DNA from: Desulfatiglandales bacterium
GTDB lineage: Bacteria; Desulfobacterota; DSM-4660; Desulfatiglandales; HGW-15
Assembly: GCA_963667015.2 (NCBI GenBank)
Contig: CAXXJJ010000001.1
Span: 1,056,001 to 1,120,000, forward strand
Direction of reading: 5' to 3'
Length of the DNA: 64,000 bases
Position numbers and translations under genes: made by a program. Below, in pieces: positions 21,026 to 30,616 of this stretch (position 1 is its first letter; each line of letters begins with the position of its first letter). The notes under the pieces are model-generated. The model did no database searches. It saw only the letters and a list, made by a program, of their open reading frames with translations, and was not told where the DNA came from.

Positions 21026-21706
21026 CTGAATAATAATGAGAGAAAAATACTTTATGACAGTGTTTATAAATTCGGGGTTACCTTAACTGAAGGGCAGATC
21101 GATTCATTATGCCTCTTTATAGACCTGTTAACTGAGTGGAACAGTAAAATTAACCTTGCTGGAACCGGTGACAGGCTCAGGATTGTTAATGAACTGCTTC
21201 TCGATTCCGTTGTTCCTGTTCCCTATCTTCCTGAAAAGGGTAATCTGGTAGATCTGGGGAGCGGTGCAGGATTCCCTGCCTTGATAATAAAGATTTTAAA
21301 ACCTGGTTTAGAGGTCAAATTAGTCGAGTCAAATGGTAAAAAGGTCAGTTTTTTAAAATATGCGATTCACTCTCTTCGATTAAAGGGAATAACTGCGTTC
21401 AATAAACGTATTGAGGCCCTCACAGAAGGGCTGAAAGAGTGGGGATGCAATATGGTAACATCCCGCGCCATGACAAGCCTTGAAAAAATAATCCGGTTAT
21501 CTGATCCCTTTCTTGAGCCCGGTGGAATCATTACCGGTTTTCTGGGTAAAGAGGGAGAAAAAGAACTTAAAGATATTCAGGAGGTTCTTTTAAATTACCA
21601 CCTGGTTATTAAGAATTCCATCACCTACCGATTGCCTGAAAAAGAGTCAGAGCGAACAACTGTTCTCATACAGAAAGCAGCTTTTTCCAATTCCTTTCAC
21701 TATTAA
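21026..21706 (+). CDS. rsmG: 16S rRNA m7G527 methyltransferase; extends upstream of the ORF-track call with a probable CTG start
   Basis: Frame is open from 20999: EWNSKINLAG, LLDS, VDLGSGAGFPAL, LVESNGKKVSFL, SRA. The only SD-positioned start is CTG 21026, 8 nt after GAGGAGG. Confidence 0.85.
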   Translation: MNNNERKILYDSVYKFGVTLTEGQIDSLCLFIDLLTEWNSKINLAGTGDRLRIVNELLLDSVVPVPYLPEKGNLVDLGSGAGFPALIIKILKPGLEVKLVESNGKKVSFLKYAIHSLRLKGITAFNKRIEALTEGLKEWGCNMVTSRAMTSLEKIIRLSDPFLEPGGIITGFLGKEGEKELKDIQEVLLNYHLVIKNSITYRLPEKESERTTVLIQKAAFSNSFHY

Positions 21707-21875
21707 ATATGGCCTAGATAAAAGTAATATATTTTAAAATATTATCGGCCTAAATCTTATATTTATTTTTATTATAAAGAAAAAATCCTGTTAAGAGGCA
21801 AGAAATATATGTATATGGATAAAACTTAATTAAAAGCAGTTTTTATATAATTTGACTTCTAAGGGATATCTTTTC

Positions 21876-21904
21876 TTGACTTTTTATTATTTGTCTTATA
21901 TATT
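21876..21904 (+). promoter_or_regulatory. sigma70-type promoter for the histone-like gene
   Basis: TTGACT-17 nt-TATATT. Confidence 0.55.
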
Positions 21905-21951
21905 ACCAAATACTTACACATTATATGATAAGTCAAATGAAAGGAGACAGT

Positions 21952-22212
21952 ATGGCAACAGCTAATCAAATTAACTACAGATTGGGTCAGGCAAAGAAAA
22001 AATTAGCAAAGGTTAACAAAGAAATCACAGCTACAAAAGCTAATGTTAAAAAGCTTGAAGCTGCCTTAAAAAAGGCAAAAGCAGAGGAAAAAGCCAAAGC
22101 TAAAAAGAAACCTGCTGCTAAAAAGAAAAAAGTAGCTGCCAAAAAGAAAGTAGTAGCTAAGAAAAAAGTAACAGCTAAAAAGAAAAAAGCTGCTCCTAAA
22201 AAGAAAAAATAA
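21952..22212 (+). CDS. histone H1-like Lys/Ala-rich protein
   Basis: 86 aa, 34 Lys; N-terminal helix followed by AKKK repeats; SD AAGGAG before ATG 21952. Confidence 0.75.
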   Translation: MATANQINYRLGQAKKKLAKVNKEITATKANVKKLEAALKKAKAEEKAKAKKKPAAKKKKVAAKKKVVAKKKVTAKKKKAAPKKKK

Positions 22213-22289
22213 TTACCCTTTTAACTGAAGAATAGGGTAAATGAGTCACAGGTAGTGTTTTCTGTTTCAAGTGGGCAGGTTCCACTTGA

Positions 22290-22784
22290 TTAAAGGGGTG
22301 GGGTGGTGTTTTCTTTTTTCAGTATCCCCCATTCTTTTATCTGCTTTAACATTCTTTCCCTGTGACTTCCGGGCCAGAAATATCGATTGCATGAAGGGCA
22401 CTTATGTACCCATTCGATGTTTTGGTTTGCGGTATGCTCCGGTATTCTCCCCCGGGCGTCCTCGATTTGTACGCTCTGGAGTGGGATATTGCATCTTATG
22501 CACCTCTGAAACCAATTTTTGCCGGTTGCGGGGAGAAGACCGCTTTCTTTTAATTCCATAAGCTGATTTTGTACCTTCTCTGAGTGTATCAGAATGGAAG
22601 GCCGAAGGTCGTCTTTTAAGGCCCTGCTTCTGGTAAGCAGTATCCGTCCCTCTTTAATCAGGTTTTCAATCTCTATTTTTTTATACGAGTGCTGGTAATG
22701 GGCATCAATTCCCATTATTCTCAACCATTTTGCCAGCTTGCCCATTGTCGTATCAATTACAAACCCGGCAGATTTATCGTTCAT
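22290..22784 (-). CDS. Mut7-C RNase (PIN-like) domain protein with Zn ribbon
   Basis: FVIDTTMGKLAKWLRIMGID, RILLTR, RCIRCN, CPSCNRYFWPGSH; start moved to ATG 22784 after SD GAGGAG. Confidence 0.88.
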   Translation of the reverse strand: MNDKSAGFVIDTTMGKLAKWLRIMGIDAHYQHSYKKIEIENLIKEGRILLTRSRALKDDLRPSILIHSEKVQNQLMELKESGLLPATGKNWFQRCIRCNIPLQSVQIEDARGRIPEHTANQNIEWVHKCPSCNRYFWPGSHRERMLKQIKEWGILKKENTTPPL

Positions 22785-22928
22785 GACCGGCTCCTCTCGC
22801 ATTTTTTTCATCCGAAGATGTTCATTATATTTGACTGATTCTTTTGTGTAAATAATTTGACTGATATCCGGCGTTATTATAGATTCAGTCCCTATAACTT
22901 TATTCGAAATATACATGGAATTTATTTA

Positions 22929-24185
22929 ATGCAAAAGATACTCATAGAAGGCGGATCTTCAGTTCAGGGAAAAGTAAAAATAAGCGGTGCAAAAAATGCT
23001 GCATTACCTGTTATTGCTGCCTGCCTGCTGACTGGCGGGTGGCATGAAATCCGGAATGTGCCCGACCTCAGAGACATCCAGACAATTAAAAAAATAATGG
23101 AAGGAATGGGCGTCATTTTCAAAGAAGAAGGCAGCACCCTGCATATTAACAGTGAAAACCTGAATAAATACGAAGCGCCATATGATCTTGTTAAGACAAT
23201 GCGCGCATCGATATTATTATTAGGCCCTCTTGTTGCGCGTCTGGGAAAGGCAAAAATTTCAATGCCGGGCGGATGTGCTATTGGTGCCAGACCGGTTAAT
23301 CTGCATCTCAAGGCACTGTCAGCCATGGGAGTGGATATGTTTCTTGAGAAGGGATACATCAATGCAAAAACACAGGGAATTAAGGGCGCGGATATATTTT
23401 TTGATATTCCCACTGTAACCGGAACTGAAAATATAATGATGGCAGCCGTAAAGGCCGAAGGTGAAACCATTATAAACAACGCAGCCAAAGAGCCTGAAAT
23501 ATGCGATCTCGCTGATATCCTGAGAAAAATGGGGGCAGACGTTGAAGGCGATGGCAGTGATACAGTAATTGTAAGAGGCGTAAGAGAGTTAAAACCTGCA
23601 AAACATGAAGTTATTCCTGACAGGATTGAAGCCGGAACTTTTATGGTTGCATCCGCCATGACCGGCGGTGAAATAGAAATCCTGAACTGCAGGAGAAATG
23701 ATCTTTATTCGGTCATTGAAAAGGTAAGGTCAGTCGGTGCAGTTGTCGAGGCAACGGACAACAGCATATCGGTAAAAGGACCTGATGTTGTAGAAAGCGT
23801 TGATATCAAGACAATGCCCTTTCCGGGTTTCCCTACAGACCTGCAGGCACAGTTTATGGCAATGATGTGCATTGCCAGGGGATCCAGTATTATCAAGGAA
23901 ACAATATTTGAAAACAGGTTCATCCATGTAAGTGAATTGAAAAGGATGGGGGCTGATATTGCCATAAATGGAAATCAGGCACTTGTAAGGGGACGAAAAC
24001 GCCTGCTTGCCGCGCCAGTTATGGCAACCGATCTCCGTGCAAGTGCATCCCTTGTGCTTGCCGGGCTCGTAGCAGAAGAGGGCCTGACCGAAATAAACAG
24101 GATCTATCATCTTGACAGGGGATATGAAAAGATGGAAGAAAAATTCCGTGCCCTCGGCGTGAAAATATGGAGAGAAACAAGCTGA
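22929..24185 (+). CDS. murA: UDP-N-acetylglucosamine 1-carboxyvinyltransferase
   Basis: ISGAKNAALP, MRASILLLGPL, PGGCAIGARPV, FPTDLQAQ, ATDLRAS, HLDRGY; start at ATG 22929. Confidence 0.97.
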   Translation: MQKILIEGGSSVQGKVKISGAKNAALPVIAACLLTGGWHEIRNVPDLRDIQTIKKIMEGMGVIFKEEGSTLHINSENLNKYEAPYDLVKTMRASILLLGPLVARLGKAKISMPGGCAIGARPVNLHLKALSAMGVDMFLEKGYINAKTQGIKGADIFFDIPTVTGTENIMMAAVKAEGETIINNAAKEPEICDLADILRKMGADVEGDGSDTVIVRGVRELKPAKHEVIPDRIEAGTFMVASAMTGGEIEILNCRRNDLYSVIEKVRSVGAVVEATDNSISVKGPDVVESVDIKTMPFPGFPTDLQAQFMAMMCIARGSSIIKETIFENRFIHVSELKRMGADIAINGNQALVRGRKRLLAAPVMATDLRASASLVLAGLVAEEGLTEINRIYHLDRGYEKMEEKFRALGVKIWRETS

Positions 24186-24186
24186 G

Positions 24187-26619
24187 ATGTTCAGGCGGCC
24201 ACTAATTCCAGCCTTTGCCTTTTTTGCAGGGGGGGTATTAACCGGCCGCTTTATTGCATCTTACAATAACCTGTCCTTATACCTTTCCATCCTTATTCTA
24301 CTGCTTCTTCCGTTTCTCCTAATCTGCAGAGATAAAATTAAGCCATATCTTTTTTGTATCCTCTTTTTGATGTCAGGCATGTTTTTAACAGCATCCGGCA
24401 GTGATGATATCGATCTCGTAGAGTTATCCGAAGGTAAAAAAATAATAGTTGAAGGAACTGTTTTAACCCTGCCGAGGATAAATGACAGGATTAACCGATT
24501 TGAACTGAAAACGGAAAAGATTTTTATTGATAACAGGATATTAGATATAAACAGGAAGATACTTGTCACTGTTTACAATAACTCTGAAATCTTCTCCATC
24601 GGCACCAGGATCAGGCTCCCGGCATATCTTAAATCCTTCATTAATTTCAAAAATCCGGGCGCTTATAATTATGAACTGTCCATGCGGCTTAAAAGGATAT
24701 CGTGCAATGCATCTGTCTCGGATGGCAGATATATTGTCCCCATGGGACGGGGCGATCCGGGTATCTTAATTGAAATCACTGAATACATCAGAAGACCGGT
24801 AAGGGAATTCCTCAAAAATATCCTCACCGCAAGAGACTATGCCATATACAGGGCCCTGTTGCTTGGTGAAAAGCAGGGTATAGATGATGAACTGAGGGAG
24901 CCATTTAATATTACAGGCATGGGGCATGTGCTTGCTGTATCAGGCCTTCATATCGGCATAATAGCATGGCTCTCTTTCTTTATATGCCGGCACCTCCTGG
25001 CATTATCGGAAAAACTGACAATAAGACATGATATAAGAAAAATAGCCGCCCTGACAGCCTGTGTGCCGGTTATTGCATACACCGGCCTAAGCGGTTTTCA
25101 GGTGTCGGGCCAGAGGGCAATGATAATGGCTCTGACATATCTCTTTTCCATTTTACTTGGAAGGGAAAGAGATCTCTGGTCCACCCTCATCTTTTCGGCC
25201 TTTATTATACTTGCAATTGATCCGCTGGCCCTGGAAAGCGTTTCTTTTCAACTGACCTTTCTTGCAGTAACTGGAATTTTATGGCTTACTCCATACTTTC
25301 AAAAAATGTTCCCGGATCTTTCTGAGGTGTTTAAACATAATCCAATCTTTAATAAAACTTATTATTATATAACAGGGATTATTTCGGCCAGCCTCTCGGC
25401 CATGCTTTTTTTACTGCCCGTGACTGTATTTTATTTCTACCGGATCTCATGTGTGACGGTCTTCTCTAATCTTATAATTATTCCCATGCTTGGATTTATA
25501 ATCCTGCCTGCCGGTATGCTTGCCCTTATGGTTTTGATAATATCTCCTCATGCGGCAGCTTTGATATTAAAGATAGGTGCTGCAGGTATCCATTTAATGA
25601 TGTCGATCCTTGAATACCTTGCAGGGCTTCCATGGGTTTCATTTTGGTCGGTTACACCTGAGCCTTATGAGATTCTTCTCTTTTACTGCCTGCTGTATTC
25701 CATAGTATATATTAAAAAATGGAAGTGGATAAGATATGCGCTGAGCCTGTTCTTATTACTGTTGACCCTGGATATCTCTTACTGGATCTACGAAACAAAA
25801 TCCAATGAAAATCTGAGGGTGACATTTATCGATGTGGGACAGGGAAACGCCGCATTAGTGCAGTTTCCCGGAAAAAAAAGAATGCTTATTGATGGCGGGG
25901 GATTCAGGGGCGGCACCTTTGATACAGGAAAAAACGTCATTGCCCCTTTTTTCTTCCGGAAAAAAATACTGCATATAGATTATATTGTCCTTACTCATCC
26001 TCATCCCGACCATTTAAATGGCCTCAGGTTTATTGCTTCAGAATTTAATCCTTCCTGGTTCTGGTATAATGGAGATCATTCCGAAAGCGACGAGTTTAAA
26101 GAACTTATTCATATCATTAAATCCGGAGATGTTGATATCCTGTCACCGGATGATCTTGCTAAGGGCATGACTATTTCAGGTGTAAAAGTAGAAGTTCTTT
26201 ATCCCAGCGGCAATACAGGTCTGTTATCAGTGGACATGGATGATAACAGGGCGGTCAATAACAGGTCGCTTGTTATTAAAATGACATTTAAGGGGAAATC
26301 TGTTCTGTTTCCCGGTGACATAGAAGAAGAAACAGAAACCCGGCTGGTGCGGGAATTCGGAGGGGATCTTAAGAGCGATGTAATGCTTATACCTCATCAT
26401 GGAAGTAAATATTCAAGCACCAGTGCTTTTCTCAAAATGGTCAGACCCGAGATTTCAGTTAATTCCTCCAGAAAGGGCAACCGGTTTGGTTTTCCAAATC
26501 CTGAAACCATTGAGAGGCTTAACAGTGCAGGCACAAGGATTTTTCGTATTGATCAGGAGGGTGCCGTCAGGGTCGAAATCGGCCAGGATTATTTTTATGC
26601 GGGATATTGCCTGGATTAG
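24187..26619 (+). CDS. comEC: DNA internalization competence protein ComEC/Rec2
   Basis: HVLAVSGLH, SFQLTF, FIDVGQG, THPHPDHLNG, NNRSLV, PGDIE, PHHGS. Confidence 0.93.
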   Translation: MFRRPLIPAFAFFAGGVLTGRFIASYNNLSLYLSILILLLLPFLLICRDKIKPYLFCILFLMSGMFLTASGSDDIDLVELSEGKKIIVEGTVLTLPRINDRINRFELKTEKIFIDNRILDINRKILVTVYNNSEIFSIGTRIRLPAYLKSFINFKNPGAYNYELSMRLKRISCNASVSDGRYIVPMGRGDPGILIEITEYIRRPVREFLKNILTARDYAIYRALLLGEKQGIDDELREPFNITGMGHVLAVSGLHIGIIAWLSFFICRHLLALSEKLTIRHDIRKIAALTACVPVIAYTGLSGFQVSGQRAMIMALTYLFSILLGRERDLWSTLIFSAFIILAIDPLALESVSFQLTFLAVTGILWLTPYFQKMFPDLSEVFKHNPIFNKTYYYITGIISASLSAMLFLLPVTVFYFYRISCVTVFSNLIIIPMLGFIILPAGMLALMVLIISPHAAALILKIGAAGIHLMMSILEYLAGLPWVSFWSVTPEPYEILLFYCLLYSIVYIKKWKWIRYALSLFLLLLTLDISYWIYETKSNENLRVTFIDVGQGNAALVQFPGKKRMLIDGGGFRGGTFDTGKNVIAPFFFRKKILHIDYIVLTHPHPDHLNGLRFIASEFNPSWFWYNGDHSESDEFKELIHIIKSGDVDILSPDDLAKGMTISGVKVEVLYPSGNTGLLSVDMDDNRAVNNRSLVIKMTFKGKSVLFPGDIEEETETRLVREFGGDLKSDVMLIPHHGSKYSSTSAFLKMVRPEISVNSSRKGNRFGFPNPETIERLNSAGTRIFRIDQEGAVRVEIGQDYFYAGYCLD

Positions 26620-26690
26620 TTTGCTTCAAATTGGTGCAGAATATCATTAACTCAGTGCTGGTTTGCATTATGCCTCCGGATATTCTTTCT

Positions 26691-26719
26691 TTGACTCTCC
26701 GGTACATCTGACATATAAT
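26691..26719 (+). promoter_or_regulatory. near-consensus sigma70 promoter
   Basis: TTGACT-17 nt-TATAAT, just upstream of the gene at 26744. Confidence 0.65.
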
Positions 26720-26743
26720 TAAAATCCTTAAACGGAGAGAGCT

Positions 26744-27046
26744 GTGGACGAGGAAGAATATAAAAAAAAATATACAAACCTGATGATTCTAAAAAGTGTT
26801 CAGGATTACCTCTCATCAGACAGTGATTCCAGCGACTCTGTTTACCCTGTTAAAATTCCGGACGAACTTTTCATGCAGGTCTTAAGGCTTGACGGGCCGG
26901 AAGGTCTGGACCGCCTCATACATTACATCTTTAAGCTGGGGCTGACCCTGTGGAATGAAAATTTATACGATAATGAATTCGGTTCACCAGCGGCATTGAA
27001 TGAATTTATCGATATAGTAAAACGCAGAGCCAAAGCCGAAAAGTAA
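26744..27046 (+). CDS. hypothetical protein
   Basis: 100-aa ORF with a promoter, SD GGAGAG and GTG start. Confidence 0.7.
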   Translation: MDEEEYKKKYTNLMILKSVQDYLSSDSDSSDSVYPVKIPDELFMQVLRLDGPEGLDRLIHYIFKLGLTLWNENLYDNEFGSPAALNEFIDIVKRRAKAEK

Positions 27047-27213
27047 GCTTTCTGAATAAAAACCTTATATAACCCTGATAATCCGTTCATATAAATCATG
27101 CAATATCTATTAAAGTTTTCGGATAGTTATGTCGATATATCCTGAAGATTTCTTTTTTTCAGAATAATCCTTACAGATATTGATATTGTGTGACTCAAAG
27201 ATGGAGCAGTAGC

Positions 27214-27411
27214 ATGGAAAAATTTCATGAGTTATTGGAGTGCCTTTCGTCAAATGATTATCAGGTGAATTATGCCATAGCAAAGTCAAGCAACTCCTGT
27301 ATAATGTGCAGCCGTGAGGTTAAGGGATTTAGAGATGCTGCCACACGTCTGGAATATGACATTTCCGCACTTTGTCAGGAATGCCAGGATGCCTGCTTTG
27401 GCGCAAAGTAG
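27214..27411 (+). CDS. small CxxC/CxxC (probably Zn-binding) hypothetical protein
   Basis: CIMCS…FRDAATRLEYDISALCQECQD; SD GGAG before ATG 27214. Confidence 0.7.
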   Translation: MEKFHELLECLSSNDYQVNYAIAKSSNSCIMCSREVKGFRDAATRLEYDISALCQECQDACFGAK

Positions 27412-27777
27412 ACACTGAGTAGAGATATAATCACATCTGCCGGATTTTATCTGATTTGACCCCGGTATTCTTCCAGTCACGTCCGGTCACGATTCCCGAA
27501 GGAAAATCATATCATATTCTTGTATTACTTTGCATGTTTTATACATAATGCATCATATCAGGCATTAAAACTCTTTTTTTTGCGGTTTGCCGCTTTTTTA
27601 CAGGCATTTTTAATGAAATCTTAACAATAAACCTTCCCCAAAATTATTCTGTTGTGATAGGATGTTGTTCCTTTTATACAAATCTATGAGTGCTATAAGA
27701 ATACAGACACGAAAATTATTGTTAGGATTGGATTAATTCAAAAGGTCCTTTCAGCGCACATGCAGGAGTGGAATACT

Positions 27778-28278
27778 ATGATTGAATCTGATTACTTGAG
27801 GGATAACATTAGTTATGTTGAAAGACTAAGTAAGATGCCATACCTTACAGATTTTTCTGAGAAAGATCTCAAAGGAATTCTTGAATTGAGTAAGATCAGG
27901 AAGTATGAACCGGGCGAGGTGATTTTAAAAGAAGGCAGTTATGACTGCTGGATATATTTTCTTATCAGCGGAAAAATAAAGGTGGCCAAACACAATGAAG
28001 GCCTGAGTATTTTACGACGTACAGGGGACGTATTTGGTGAAATGGGAATAATCGACGGTTCCCCCAGGTCTGCTTCAGTATATGCAATTGATGAGACCGT
28101 CTGCCTTGCAACGGATTCGTCCTTTATAGATAGATTAACCGGACAAGACAAAATTGCCTTTTCCTGTATTCTTTACCGGGTATTTTCCGAGATCCTGGCT
28201 AATCGTTTACGATTAACAAGTGAAGACCTGATATCGGCAAAGGAAGATAGTGATAAACAAAAGGCTGTCAGTATGTAG
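27778..28278 (+). CDS. stand-alone cyclic-nucleotide-binding domain protein
   Basis: YEPGEVILKEG, GDVFGEMGIIDGSPRSASV; no HTH seen. Confidence 0.88.
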   Translation: MIESDYLRDNISYVERLSKMPYLTDFSEKDLKGILELSKIRKYEPGEVILKEGSYDCWIYFLISGKIKVAKHNEGLSILRRTGDVFGEMGIIDGSPRSASVYAIDETVCLATDSSFIDRLTGQDKIAFSCILYRVFSEILANRLRLTSEDLISAKEDSDKQKAVSM

Positions 28279-28320
28279 GTGTGTAAGTAAATCCCATTTT
28301 AAAATATGGGGAATCAACCA

Positions 28321-28410
28321 ATGAGAGATCTGATAAAGCCCGAGAATGCCGCAGAGGCAAATGTTATCAAAATGATGCTGGAAGAAAACGGAATATCTGA
28401 AGAAATGTAA
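28321..28410 (+). pseudogene. truncated DUF2007-like (putative signal-transducing) gene fragment
   Basis: MRDLIKPENAAEANVIKMMLEENGISEEM* resembles the EA.iik..Le..GI N-terminal half of DUF2007 and stops at 29 aa. Confidence 0.4.
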
Positions 28411-28695
28411 TCCTCTAACCCTCTTGACAATTTCCGAAAGAGAATTAAATATTTAGGAAATATTCATCGATCGGTGGAGTTTCAATAAATTTCAAAGAAT
28501 GGTTGTATAAAGATAGTTTATACCGGTTTTGGTTAAACTGTTTTTGGACCGGCGCTTCCAGGGTTTTAAGAAGAAAAATATCGTTAGTAAACGTGTAAAT
28601 GTCTCATTTATATAGGATTAATTTTTCAGATGAGCTGCTCTATCTATGTAACAAGTTTTTTAAACAGGTAATATAACAGGAAGGAGGAGAACAAA

Positions 28696-29043
28696 ATGAA
28701 ATTATGGGACAGGATAAAAAGAGGAATGGAGGAAGGTTTTGATGCAGCCCTGACAGCCGTTCATAAGATGACTGAAAAGGCCGGCGAGGGCATAGAACTT
28801 ACCCGGCTGAGAAGGGAAAAGGTAAGACTGGAAACAAGGATTACCCGGCTTCTGGCCCAACTGGGAAATGATGTTTATGAAAAAATATCCGCACAGAGAC
28901 TTGATGATATATCTGAAAAACTGCAGATAAAAGATATTTTGCTGGAAGTTGCGAGAGATGATGCACGAATGGTAGAGATTGATCGACAGCTTGATATCGA
29001 ACTGGAAAAAAAGGAAGAAGAAATTAATAAAGAGAATACATAG
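28696..29043 (+). CDS. hypothetical coiled-coil protein
   Basis: Strong SD AAGGAGG; helical, charged 115-aa ORF. Confidence 0.75.
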   Translation: MKLWDRIKRGMEEGFDAALTAVHKMTEKAGEGIELTRLRREKVRLETRITRLLAQLGNDVYEKISAQRLDDISEKLQIKDILLEVARDDARMVEIDRQLDIELEKKEEEINKENT

Positions 29044-29100
29044 GGTCAGGGTCGGCATCGACGGTCATCCCATACTGAAAGGAGCGAACCTGCTTTTTGG

Positions 29101-29128
29101 GTAGGGGCACGACGCATCGTGCCCTTAC
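29101..29128. repeat. GTAG-type REP palindrome
   Basis: GTAGGGGCACGA-cgca-TCGTGCCCTTAC, the imperfect-palindrome form of RAYT-associated REPs. Confidence 0.65.
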
Positions 29129-29180
29129 AGTTAAAGCGTAGAAATGACATTTTACCAAGAATTTAAGTAATCAGTATTCC

Positions 29181-29231
29181 AAAGCGGCTTGCGAGTGAAT
29201 AGTGTATATTTTCTATCCTGCAAGCCGCTTT
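29181..29231. repeat. inverted repeat upstream of the tRNA
   Basis: aaagcggcttgc … gcaagccgcttt, a perfect 12-bp stem. Confidence 0.55.
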
Positions 29232-29328
29232 AATACATTCCCTTACCCCCTTGCCCCCTTGATTCCTCGGCACTTATCTTTTTAATTGATCATTGAAAGT
29301 CGATATGCTATTAAGACTTTTTCCAAAC

Positions 29329-29405
29329 GCGCTCATAGCTCAGTTGGATAGAGTGACGGACTACGAATCCGTAGGTCGCAGGTTCGAATCCTGCTGAGCG
29401 CGCCA
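29329..29405 (+). tRNA. tRNA-Arg (ACG)
   Basis: Acceptor GCGCTCA/TGAGCGC, D-loop AGTTGGATA, anticodon arm ACGGA-CTACGAA-TCCGT, T-arm GGTTCGAATCC, encoded CCA. Confidence 0.98.
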
Positions 29406-29416
29406 TTAAAATCAAC

Positions 29417-29447
29417 AGGTTACGGCTTTTCGGCTGTGACCTTTTTT
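29417..29447 (+). terminator. rho-independent terminator after the tRNA
   Basis: aggttacggc-ttttcg-gctgtgacct followed by a T-run. Confidence 0.65.
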
Positions 29448-29567
29448 ATTTATATGCTAAGTAATATTGAAAAAATGACTCTATAATATTTTCAAAAATA
29501 AAAGCTAAACGGAGATTTGATGGCCTCTTCACAGCTATCAACCACAGAGATGTGTGAAAGGAATTAT

Positions 29568-30152
29568 ATGAGAAAACTGCAATTACTTTTGATTTTTACT
29601 TTGATTGTTCCGTTTTATTCCCCTGTTTATGCATTTGAATACGACAGTGCTAATGAACCAGTATATAAATTGGATGAGGTTGACTCATATCCAAAAATTA
29701 AAAAAGCAGCCCCTCCACGTTGGCCAAAAAAACTGCGAATATATGAAGGGCGTGTCAAGCTGAGGTTTGTCCTAACAAAAGGAGGTAAATTTAGAGACAT
29801 AGAAATAACTCAATCAATACCGAATGGCGTCTTCGATCAATACGCTCTTGAAGCTTTGCAGAAATATCGTATTAAGCCAGCTATAAAAGATGGGAAAACA
29901 GTTGGTTGTTTTCTCAACTTACCTATAGAATTTGAATTGCGAGATACAGTGACTACATTTGATGCCTATAAAGATATTGAAAAAGGTTCACTGTATATAA
30001 ATAAGGGTGAATACGACAAGGCAATAGAAGCGTTCAATGAGGCACTCAGTATTGATAATAGATATAGCTCAGCTTATTCAGGTAGGGGATTTGATTATGC
30101 CAAAAAGGCTGGCAAATGTGATGCTGAGGCAGCAACAGAAGTGAAGAATTAA
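29568..30152 (+). CDS. secreted TonB C-terminal domain + TPR protein, possibly C-terminally truncated
   Basis: Signal peptide; PPRWP…EGRVKLRFVL…FDQYALEALQKYRIKPAIKDGK.V…LPIEF; one TPR (KGEYDKAIEAFNEALSID…AYSGRG) then a stop. Confidence 0.75.
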   Translation: MRKLQLLLIFTLIVPFYSPVYAFEYDSANEPVYKLDEVDSYPKIKKAAPPRWPKKLRIYEGRVKLRFVLTKGGKFRDIEITQSIPNGVFDQYALEALQKYRIKPAIKDGKTVGCFLNLPIEFELRDTVTTFDAYKDIEKGSLYINKGEYDKAIEAFNEALSIDNRYSSAYSGRGFDYAKKAGKCDAEAATEVKN

Positions 30153-30173
30153 TATAGAGTTGTGAAAAGGGAT

Positions 30174-30480
30174 CTAAACTTCTGAAGCAAACCTATCCAG
30201 AACAATGAGACATTTAAATGTGGAAATGGGGACACCGCTGAAGTCATTCTTAAATACCAGCCTCCTTTTCAGGGTCTTGCCGGTTGCCGTTCCATAAAAT
30301 GCATAATGGGTTTCCTTCCCAACATCTATCCATACAAGCAAATATTTCTCTGATCCTCTTACCTCTTTCCTTATTTGATGAAATTCCTTAATCCTGCTAA
30401 TCTCATCTACATTCATTGAAACCTCCTGTCTTAAGTAAGTTGATTTGGTAATCCTCTTTTCTTAACAGGAGGTTTCTTTT
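30174..30480 (-). mobile_element. IS110-family transposase remnant (N-terminal ~60 aa, ORF 30174-30416) with upstream non-coding end
   Basis: YLLVWIDVGKETHYA matches the first DEDD motif (VGIDvaK..H) of IS110 recombinases; similarity ends after …LVFKND. Confidence 0.7.
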
Positions 30481-30616
30481 TTGATAGATAGTAAAGTATT
30501 TTTTATTCTGCTAAGTTCGGTCGTATAACTTTTGAACGTTTTGATATATAACACTGCTCGGTTATAAGATTAACAGTTGCAACCATATACCCGAACAGCG
30601 TCACTATAAATTTTTT

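Noticed and set aside
22964..23659. 231-aa ORF antisense to murA and the many other short antisense or out-of-frame ORFs in the track
   Set aside because: They overlap well-supported genes and show no recognisable protein features.
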